The position numbers were made by a program, and so were the translations under genes. The notes below the pieces were generated by a model that worked only from the letters and a program-made list of their open reading frames with translations, did not search any database and was not told where the DNA came from. 64,000 nt of DNA. Origin: the human T2T-CHM13v2.0 reference genome, Homo sapiens. Below, one piece after another: positions 53,075-64,000 of this stretch. Position 1 is the stretch's first letter. Each line of letters begins with the position of its first letter. The DNA lies in assembly GCF_009914755.1 (NCBI RefSeq), contig NC_060930.1. One strand, written 5' to 3'.

Positions 53075-53308
53075 TTTTATATATATATAAATGAAAATAA
53101 AATATATATTTATTTTATTATATAATATATAAAAGTATATATAGCATTTATGTTTATTTTATATAAATATATGTATATATTAACATATAGTTTTTAATTA
53201 TATGTAATGTATAATATATTAAATATATATGTATATTACATATTTTATTTTCATTTATATATTAATATATTTATGTGTGTATATATATATATATATATAT
53301 AATATAAA
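53075..53308. repeat. AT-rich low-complexity tract with 23-bp inverted repeat
   Basis: 53083-53105 is the exact reverse complement of 53240-53262. Confidence 0.85.
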
Positions 53309-53344
53309 TGGAAACTTACTCTAAGCTAACAGTTCTTCCCACAG

Positions 53345-53369
53345 AGTTCTGAAGAACTCTAAATTTAAG
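53345..53369 (+). other. Candidate 25-nt microexon
   Basis: Branch-like ctaac, ttcttcccacag acceptor, consensus AAG|gtaagt donor. Confidence 0.35.
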
Positions 53370-53819
53370 GTAAGTAATTCTAAAATTACAAATGGGCTTT
53401 GGGCTAGTACTCAGGGTAAATTAGATAACTATCACAAAAATATCTAAGTTGGCCTGACACCCCACAACTATTTCTGAGGCACTGGTAGTGGAGAGTTTGT
53501 CCATTGAGCATCCCCCAAACACCTGTCCTCTAAAGAGAGGTTTTTAGAAAAGCTCTGCCTGAGAAGACAGTTAGGGTGTTAACCTCAGAAGGAGAGAACC
53601 ATGGCAGAGACTGAGGGAAACCCAGACTTTCGTGAAAGAAAGGAGAACCCTTAAGAGAAAAGGAATATCCAGAAGAGAATTACATTTACATGCCTGACCC
53701 CACAGAGAACAATACAAGCAAGATTTGGGCTTTTGAGGGAACCCATCTTTCCTGCTTGTTCACAATTTGCGAACCTCAAAGTGAAGTCAGCCAGTTAAAA
53801 ATGCTCCCTTTATTCTTAG

Positions 53820-54004
53820 AGCCTGCAATCAAACATGCTAAAGCAGAGAAATACAATAAGAGACCTATACTTGACATTAGCAGAGGAAGTCCAGCTGTGT
53901 ACACTAATTATGATAAACATCCATTCACAATGTCTGGGAGGAGACTAGCCACAGACCTGGAAAGAGGTGAAGAAAAACGACACCATGAAAAAGGAGCAAA
54001 GTGA
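53820..54004 (+). CDS. Candidate terminal coding exon ((E)PAIKHAKAEKYNKRPILD...EEKRHHEKGAK*)
   Basis: Pyrimidine tract ctccctttattcttag| acceptor, phase 1, open to TGA 54002-54004. AATAAA at 54113 and 54129. Confidence 0.4.
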
Positions 54005-54112
54005 AAAAGAGAACAATAACTCATTTTAAAAGTACTTGCTGATAGCTTCAAAGAGGTTCAAAAGTGTATTGTGCCCATAAAAGATTGTTTTGTAAAAGTA
54101 AAAAGGGCATCC

Positions 54113-54134
54113 AATAAATAAGATAATTAATAAA
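54113..54134 (+). promoter_or_regulatory. Two candidate polyadenylation signals (AATAAA)
   Basis: AATAAA at 54113-54118 and 54129-54134, ~110 nt after the candidate stop. The hexamer is common in AT-rich DNA. Confidence 0.3.
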
Positions 54135-55234
54135 GAAGAAGTCCTGAAATCTTTAAACATAATTTTCTAAAAAGAAAACAAATGCATAAATAGAAAAACA
54201 CAATGAACAGAGACAAAGACCAATATATTAATGCAGTAAATAAGATTAATAAAAAATTAACCCCCTAAATAAAGTAAACCCAGAGAGATAAAGAAATCAG
54301 AGGAGTTAAAAAAAATCCAAATTGCTTAAACCAATTCCTGTTCCTTGCACTTTTCCCTCAGGTTTCTGCTTCATGTGGTCTCCCTTGGAACATCCTCTGT
54401 TCTTGTTTATCCTTCATACGACCCCATATACTTTTCCTGTTTGGTAAATTACTGTCTCTGACCATCAGTTTTTTTCCATTCTGTGAGAAGTGTTGCTGTC
54501 GATATACTTATTCAGTTTTCATATGCTTGTTCACACTTTATTACGCTCAGTCTAAGATATTGAGTCAGAAATCTGATCTGCTATTACTAATTGTGAAAAT
54601 GTTGCAAGTTAGCTCACTAATATCTCAGTATCTATTTCCTCATAGATAAAAATGAGTTGAATGAAGCTGAAGATCATAAGTCTGGATTAAAAGAAGCTTC
54701 TTGACCTTTGGTTCTTCAGTCTCACCTCTACAATACTACTGTCATGCCACACTTCTCCCATATCTTCATGTTCAGCATATTCCAGACATTTTCTATGTTT
54801 TTCCTCAGCCTAGAAGCTTCTTCCTCATTTACCCTGGTAAGCTTCAACTCAACTATCATGTTTCAGCCTCCTCTGGTGAGTCCACCCTAAACCACAAAAG
54901 TCTGATGGCTCTTTTTCTTTGTCTTCCAACAGTAATGTACATTTATTTCTATTAAAGAACTCATTACCATGTATCTTCTTACTAGTCTGTATTGTACATA
55001 TCTTTGAAATTCCCCACACTCTGTGAACTCCTTGAGAAAAAGGAGGTTTTTTTTTTGATGTCCTGTTTCCAGACCTTATCATAGTTCATGATATGTAGAC
55101 ATTTGTTTGTTATACAATGAATGCATACTTCACTGGACTGCTGTCAGACAGCAATGAGATTACATATGTGACAATCCCTGGCATGTCCCCTGCACTCCAT
55201 AATTACTAGTGTTATGGTTATTTCTGTACTGATA

Positions 55235-55590
55235 GCTAGTAGTCTCCAAAAAACAGAATCAATAGATATTTTAAGGAATTGTTTCATGTGAATGGGAGTT
55301 TTGCAATTTTGAAATTTGTAGGATAGTCTGGTAAGCTGGAAACTCAGGCAAGAGATGATGCTGAGTCTTGAGGCAGAATTGCTCCTTCCCCAGGAAACCT
55401 CAGTTTTTGTTCTTCATGCCTTCAATTGATTGGATGAGGCCCACTCACATTACAGAGAGTGATCTCTTTTTACCTAAATAAAAGTCAACTGATCAATCAC
55501 ACCTACAAAATACTTTCATAGCAAAACCTAGGTTTGCATTTTAATAATACCTGGATACTATAGTATAGCCAAATTGATATATAAAACTTC
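55235..55590 (-). mobile_element. MLT2D-like ERVL LTR
   Basis: gctggaaactcaggca, ggaaacctcagtttttg, gattggatgaggcccactcacatt, aaagtcaactgat. Confidence 0.85.
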
Positions 55591-56166
55591 TGTACTTTCC
55601 CTCCTCCAATTGTGTCAAAGCTGGAAGTTTTGCTGCCTAATTTAAGCAGTATAAGCTTGTTTTAAAATGAAAGAAAATTTGGTTATTCAAGATCCACCCC
55701 ATGAAATCTTACTCTAAACAAAGATGGTACCTAAGAATGGACTTATGTCTTGGGTGAAGGATACAAAACAACATTTATTTATTTTCCACCAATGATTATT
55801 ATGATCAGGAGAGCCCAGAGGCATGAAGTTGATCTGAGGTACTGGAGAGTTTTAAAGTCAATCCAGCAGTTCCCAGCACTTTCTATAGCATAGACACCTC
55901 CTTTATCATCTCCTGAGGATGGTGACCTTTAAAAAATAATCATTAGCTTTTCTTAAATCTGAACTAAGTTCTCAGGAAACTGTAAGGTGCCCCCTCTCCA
56001 AACTGAAAGAGTCCAAACTTTCCCACATAAAATTGTATTGTTTCTAGAGAATTTCCATGGGAAAACTCTATGGTTATTCCATTATCAATTTACGCACATG
56101 TAAATACATGGAATCAAAGCTGCTGAATCTTACTAACCCAAAGAATTATAAAAATAAAACTGGAAG

Positions 56167-57240
<1,074 letters not shown>

Positions 57241-57649
57241 AGCCTTTAAAGAAGATACAATATTCCAAATAATTCTCATTTTAGATATAAGTTAATTCTT
57301 ACAGTTTTCATATTAATATCAAAGGTATATATTTAGTAAATTAGAAAAAAATCATAACCATTAACTCAGTAATTTTCATTTGTGATAAATTTATATTAAT
57401 ATAATGATTTGATTTTCAAACAAACTTATTAATACTACCAGGACAGTTGATGTCTTAGGCTTGTTTCCAACAGGTCTGAAATTTTATAAATACAAAAGTT
57501 GTATTAAATTAAATAATGCATTTTGCTGCTCCTCTGCTGAAATCAATGTTTTTCCTTTTGAACCAAAAGTCCCCAAATTAGCTGACTCCCTACTGGCCAC
57601 TTAATAACTAATCAAAAAACTTGACCGTGTGCTTCAACTTGAGAGAGAA

Positions 57650-58106
57650 TGTGATGATTAATGTTAGGTGTTTCCTTGACTGGATTAAGAAATCCCTAGA
57701 GAACTGGTAAAGCATTATTTCTGGGTATGTCCTCGAGAGTGTTTCCAAAGAAGATTAGCCTGTGAGTTGATGGACTGACTGGGTTCGGTAGATCCATCCT
57801 CAATGTGGGCGGGTACATCAGAACTCCAGGCTCTGGAGTACACCAGCACCTCTCCAGGTTCTCAGGCTTCAAACTGTGAATTACACCCTCCGTTTCCCTG
57901 GTTCTGGGGTTTTGGGATTTGACTGAGCCATAATATTTGCATCGCAGAGTCTTCAGCTTGCAAATGGCCTATCATAGACTTCTCAGCCTCCATAATCACA
58001 TGTGCCAATTTCCCTAATAAATTCCCTCATATGTTTATCTATCTCTATATATCTAATATATTTATATTTCTACACAGTATCTCTCTGGAGAACACTGGCT
58101 CATACA
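57650..58106 (+). mobile_element. MLT2B-like ERVL solo LTR
   Basis: tgtgatgattaatgttaggtg..cttgactggattaag; ends ctctggagaacactggctcataca. Confidence 0.85.
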
Positions 58107-58364
58107 GAAAAAAAAATTCCAACATCATTTTTCCCCTCGAGTTTTGAAGAGGCAATTCCATTACATATGATCTCATGTGCTTGCCCTACAAAAGAAATAG
58201 TATTTTTAACACATGTTGTATGGTTGTAGGAATTTGGGAAGAAATTATCTGTGAAGGAAATTTGCCACTGTAATGCACACCCAATCTGTACTCCCACAAT
58301 ATCCTATGTTTTAAGCTTTCATTTATTTTTATTTTTATTATTTTTGTTAATGTCTACTGTATAG

Positions 58365-58600
58365 AGATCCATTTTAATGCCTCCTATACAAGAGCATTGT
58401 GTCAGGGAATTTACATACAATCTCTCTTAAATTTAGATAACAAACTTATTTGGTAGCTATTATTTTTTCTCAATTTAAAGGGAAGGGTAACAACGGTTAG
58501 TGTGTCTAATTAATATGCTCATATCCACATATCTAACTGGTAGACTTAAGGTGTATGCCCAGCTATGTCATCATACTGAATCCTTTCTGACTCCTGTGTT
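58365..58600 (-). mobile_element. MIR fragment
   Basis: Decayed MIR pattern (gtagctattatttt..ggttagtgtg..atccacatatctaactgg). Confidence 0.45.
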
Positions 58601-59319
58601 TATCTAGTATATGGTAATAATTAATACTCAGAATCATAATGAGGTGGTTTCTCAACCATCCAGGACCTGTTGCATCAGTTTATTGGTTAAGATGAACTTA
58701 CTTTTGAAGGAGAGAATGCTTATTTTCTCTTAATTATGTTTTTTCTTTTTATGAAAATAAAGTTTCTTCCTGGAGAGCAGTGGGGCCTTGATTATTATAG
58801 TGGATATATTTGTCCTCTTGCTTTGCAACTTTTGTTATATCATAGCTGGCCTACTTTCAGCCCTCTGCATTTCTCCATCAATAATAATTTATAATTAAAG
58901 AAAAACTCTAAATTCATAGTTGTATAGCTGACTCAATAATTTTAGTCACTGCTTGAGTCAGCTAATCTCTATTCAAGTTCTAATATTTTTATGCCTTTCT
59001 TTCTGCATCTGCTATTTTGTCTGGTTTCCAGTTTCAAGACCTCCTCAATTTCACTTATCCTATTTTTTCAAAATATAATTAACAAATATATTAGAAAATT
59101 TGTATTAGCTTTCATTTTTTAAAAGATAAAAACATATAGCATCATTACAATGTACTATATTTTTAAAAATAAAGAAAAATATTTTCTATTTTTTATCTTT
59201 CTTCTAGTTCTTGCCTATCACGATTTGTATTCTTTTCAGTATTTTTTTGGAGCAGAGAGAGAAAAATAATTATTTTCTCTAACCTTTAAAATATTTCCAT
59301 GTGCTCTCCTATATTTTCC

Positions 59320-59600
59320 ATAATACTTTGAAATTAGGTTGATATTTTGCGACTAGTTCTAGCCAATTGATTTAGAGAATAAGTCATGTGTTTTTTTCTC
59401 TCGATGTGGGGACTTTAAGAAATGGTGTACTTTCCCCAACAATTTATTCTCAGGCCACAGTAATGTCAGAAGCCATGTGTTCTATAGGGTAAAATTCTGT
59501 GAAACTTCTATCGTATGTAAATGAGCAATCAACCTTTAGCGTATTAAACTAATGATATTTTAACAGGAATTTGTCACAGTTGCATTTAATTATTAAAATA
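59320..59600 (+). mobile_element. MLT1I/J-like MaLR LTR fragment
   Basis: gactagttctagccaat, gaagccatgtgtt, tttgtcacagttgca. Confidence 0.5.
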
Positions 59601-59785
59601 ATATGAAATTGACATTATTAATATCCTAATTTTAGAGATGATGTGCCTAACCTATTCTGCATAATGTACCAAAAAATTCTCCAAGTACTCGGCCATGGCT
59701 CCCTCCTTCCAATAAAATCTTAACTTCAAACTCCTTTGTTCATAAATAATTTTAGTTATAATAATTTTCTTTAAAGGGTGGTTTT

Positions 59786-60080
59786 GACTGGGTGCAGCGG
59801 CTGAAACCTGTAATCCCAGCACTTTAGGAGGCCGAGGTGGGCAGATCACTTGTGGTCAAGAGTTCGAGACCAGCCTGACCAACATGGTGAAACCCTGTCT
59901 CTACTGAAAATACAAAAAATTAGCCAGGCTTTTTGGCAGGTGCCTGTAATACTAGCTACTCAGGAGGCTGAGGGAGGAGAATCACTTGAACCTAGGAGGC
60001 AGAGGTTGAAGTGAGCCGGGATTGTGCCACTGCATTTCAGCCTGGGTGACAGAGCAAGACTCTGTCTCAAAAAATAAATA
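59786..60080 (+). mobile_element. AluS (Sx/Sz-like)
   Basis: Full dimeric Alu with short A tail. Confidence 0.93.
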
Positions 60081-60764
60081 CTTAAAATATGTTTTCTGCT
60101 GGCTAAATTTTTCTCAAGATGTCTAAATAAACTAGACTCTATATTAGAACCCAAATTCAAAACAACACTCTAAAACTAGAAATTAAATATTTTAATATAA
60201 ATTTATAATTTTATGACATTATAAAAGATTAAGCTCCCAAAAATAAAAGTATAATATAGTAATGAGAGAAACAGAAAGACCCTCTCAAACACATATACAC
60301 ATAATTGTCCTATCCATGTATCTTTATATACATTATCACACTTATGTCCCTAATGGAAAAGTTGCAATAGGGTTTATAAATCAGTGTAGTATTATAAAAT
60401 AGTATAATATAATAAAAAGTAGATATTGCTGTCAGACTTCATGAAGTCTTAGATAGTTATATTGCCTTCATCTTCAATTAAGGGCTATTAATTTTTTATA
60501 ATTGATCTGCATTACTGTATATGGAATATGCTTTGAGAACATACAGTAAATATAATTCCTTACATCAATAAATGTATGAGACATTGAAGTTAAAGGACAA
60601 TTACAAGTATTTCAAATTCTCCTACATCTGGCCCACCACTGCTCTGCAAAAGCCCTAACCCAACTCCTGAGCATCCCAAAGAATACAGAGGCCATTACAT
60701 GAATGTATTCTCATGTGCTTTTTTGCCCTCAGCCCTAGAGATGAACTAATATATTTACAGATTT

Positions 60765-60950
60765 AAGTTGCGTGGGTTTGAATCCAGTCCTGCAGCCCAC
60801 TACTGGGGATCTGGGCCTCACACACATTATCTGTAAAAATAGGATCTTAATAATAACAATTTCATGTCATTATCCCAAGGATTAAATGTCTTAAAAATAG
60901 TTGGCGAATCACTTAGAACATGCCTGGTCTATAAGAAGCAGTATATATTT
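60765..60950 (+). mobile_element. MIR SINE
   Basis: gggtttgaatccag..atctgtaaaaataggat..ggattaaatg..cacttagaacatgcctgg. Confidence 0.75.
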
Positions 60951-62060
60951 TTTACTTAAAATAATGCCAAATTTGTATTATGGGTAGTTAATGTATCTTT
61001 TTCATTAAATTAACATATAATTTAGTTTTTGACAATTAAAGATATTTATTTTAGCCAAAATATGTGCTTTTAGTGCATAAAGAAAGGTATTTAGTTTACT
61101 CAAAACTTCTGTTCTCACATAAAATCAAAATGCATGCTAGTTCCAAATGTATTCACGTGGAAACCATCATTCCTCCAGCTAGTGGGGAAATTTCTCGTGC
61201 TCTTGCCTCACTGCTCAATCCCTCACTTCCTGGCATTGTTCTCCGAAGATGAAGCTTAGGGTGACTAGATGTTATCAGTCTTGCATTATTAATTAACAAA
61301 TACATAATTTGTATTAAATTTTAGTCATTAGGTTTTTTTTTGTCCCCACAAACTCTAGCCTGATGTTGGGCACCTCAATTCTTGCATCAACTTTTGTTTG
61401 GATTTGTTGATTGGCTGGTTTTAATTAGTCTTGCCACCACGTACTATGATAAACCAGTTTTTTTTAATATAGTATCTGTCTCTTCTCTTTTCCACTATAG
61501 ATTGTCACCACTATAACAACTTGATGAGTCAGTGGCCTCAAAGTTTTTAGTTCCTTATCTCTTTTTGACAAAAAGTAAAAAAAAAAAAAAAAAAGATATA
61601 AAACTAAGAATCCTCTGTGTGTATGTATTTGATTTCATCCATCAGTTCATGTCTCAATATGATGTCACTTTGCTGGAGCCTTCCATGGCTCTCAGTGTCA
61701 CTTTCAGTTTTCTCTCTGAAGGGGACAACCTAGAGAAGCAGCTAACTGTACTGTAATTGCCCTCGTATAACTCCTTTTCCCGGATTCACAGACATGTTCG
61801 GAAGAGTAGATTTGGAACTTTATTTCACAGGTATAGCATGTACAGTCTTTGAACTCCTGAATTAAGTGGATGGCTGAGAAAACTAATAAATCAATTAACA
61901 TAATTAATTTTTATTTAGAGTAATTTGATGTATTCACATAGATAATTGTATTACTGCATAATTTAGGAATAAGTAAAAATTTAGCACATGAAACCAAAGT
62001 AGGAATATAAATGGAAGCCATAGTCTCCAAAGATGTGAATGCATTTAAAAATCAAGTTGG

Positions 62061-62180
62061 GGAGGCTGAGGAAGGAGAATCACTTGAACCGAGGTGGAGA
62101 TTGCAGTGAGCTGAGATTGTGCCATGGCACGCCATCCTAGGAAATAGAGAGAGACCCTGCCTCAAAAAAAAAAAAAAAAA
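62061..62180 (+). mobile_element. 5'-truncated Alu (right arm only)
   Basis: Perfect 14-bp TSD aaaaatcaagttgg (62047-62060 / 62181-62194). Confidence 0.92.
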
Positions 62181-62391
62181 AAAAATCAAGTTGGACATAG
62201 GTGTGATTTTTATTTTTACTTGCCCAAAATAAGATAAAAATGTCACTGCCCACATGGGTCATGGTCTCCATAACAACAAAATCAATCATAGGCTAATCTA
62301 AACTGAGAAAAATAAATTTCCTTGGGGGAAACACACACACATGTTCACAAATATATCTCTTCACACACATGCCAATACACCCGCTTAATAC

Positions 62392-62743
62392 TGTCTTAGA
62401 TTTCTAAGTTACAGTGCAGGCTGCTATAGAAAAGTACTGTAAGCTGAATAGCTTACAAACAGAAATTTATTTCTTGCAGTTCTGGAGGCTGGGAAGTTCA
62501 AGATCAAGGATCCAGTAGATTCAGTGTCTGGTGAGGATGCACTTTTTCATAGATGGAGCCTTCTCATCATGTCTGCTCGTAGTGAAAGGGCTCCCTTTTA
62601 TTAGGGCACTAACCCCACTGATGAGAGCTCTGAATTCATGAGCTAATCACATCCCAAAGGCCTCATCTTCTAATACCATTCACACTGGCAATTAGGTTTC
62701 AACATATGAATTTTGGGGGGATGCAAATATTCAAATCATAACA
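62392..62743 (-). mobile_element. MLT1A0-like MaLR solo LTR
   Basis: tgtcttag..cagttctggaggctgggaagttcaagatcaagg..ttcaacatatgaattttgggggg..cataaca; TSD aatac/catac. Confidence 0.88.
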
Positions 62744-64000
62744 CATACCTATATTCTTGTAGATCAAGTCAGTACTACTGGTAAATATGTATTCAAATTG
62801 CTATTTTGAGCTTCTTAAAACTATCACATGAGATTTCAAAACATAGGAGATTGGCAACAGGATCCTATAAGGCCATGAAGTCCAAAAGGCTAAAATATCA
62901 CCTTATATTTCTCAGGATTGTGGATATGTACAGCACCTAATAGCTCTGAAATTTCAGCTTCTGTAAATGGCTTAAAGGCTATGAGTCACAACTGAGACAT
63001 ACTGAGTCCTAAGCCCTCTCTCCTATCCTTTCGTTGTCAGTCATAACCTCAGGTTTTCTTCCACACCTCTTGGCTGCACTTTCTAGCTGCAGGGCAAATA
63101 TACGAGGCACTTTACAAACTAAGAAGAATTGTTGCCATTCTGGGAAACAAATGAAATTGAGAATATAGCAGAAAATCTACTTTATTTTGTCTATCACAAT
63201 TTAATCTTCACCTCTAATAGTTTATTTGCTAATCCTACTTGACTAAATTCTTGCAGAGGTCTTTAATCTGTAATGATATTTATATCAATGCCCACAAGCA
63301 GTGCTATAGTTAATGGTGTGTTGTCATTTCCATTATAAACTCCCTATTGCACAAGTAAGAGGAGAACTAAGAACCTGTGACTTTCCTAGCTGAGGGCACA
63401 TTTCAATGCTCTTCTAAATTACAGTATTAGCCAGAGCACTTTTGTCAGGCAGTATTTTCAGGCAATTTAAGAAATCGCATTAAAGGGGAAAAAAGAAATC
63501 AAAACTCTACTCACTATTTTAACAGTCAAATAAATGTCTGTAGGTAAAATTTCTTCTATTTTTATAGCTTCACATATGTTAAGCATGTATAAATAGTAAA
63601 CATATTTACAATTTTGTTATTTCATTACTGAAATATTTTCTTTAGCATTTACGTTGAATTAAGTAAAAAATGTATAAGCATGAGGACCCTCTTATACTCA
63701 TTTTTATTAAAAATTTTAAACAATCTCCTACCATGTCTGGAGAGGCATGAATGAGAAGTATTACTAACACATATTTTAATAAAAGAATTTTATTATGTAA
63801 ACATTGGAAGGAGCTGATAATTATAATTGTAATGTTGTTGAAATGAATAAATATAACCATTTCACTGAATAAATTATACAGCTGAGCGTTTCATTGTGAT
63901 GTTACAGTTTTGCCTTGCTTAATGGAGCAGAATGTAGAACCAATGGTTCTGGTCTCTTCTTGACTAAGCTGCTATGGTTTCTGTGGGATGATAGCCCTTG

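Overview
This is AT-rich, gene-poor catarrhine primate genomic DNA (AluY/AluS, L1PA, THE1/MST; most likely human). Interspersed repeats dominate: a full-length but decayed ~7.9 kb L1MA2-type LINE with a nested L1PA 3' end, about a dozen Alu/FAM elements, MIR/L2/old L1 fragments, MaLR/ERVL/ERV1 solo LTRs (including a 2.4 kb GC-rich MER52-type LTR), Tigger2a and MER5A. I recognise no intact multi-exon protein-coding gene, CRISPR array, rRNA or tRNA, and nearly all track ORFs are repeat-derived or compositional noise. The best non-routine signals are: (1) a composite, CpG-retaining retro-insertion (antisense Alu + unassigned 313 bp + RPL7A 3' end + polyA) that lacks a TSD and carries a Kozak-started ORF fused in frame to the RPL7A C-terminus; (2) a 5'-truncated THE1 LTR flanked by a ~195 bp direct duplication, suggesting one-ended integration; (3) two phase-compatible + strand exons (~45.8 kb and ~53.8 kb), with AATAAA and an intervening 25-nt microexon, suggesting the 3' end of a spliced transcript; (4) an L1PA inserted exactly at its homologous position within the older L1; (5) several short local duplications, one at a TSD-less Alu junction. 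Repeat subfamily names come from recalled consensus sequences, not from a search, and are approximate.
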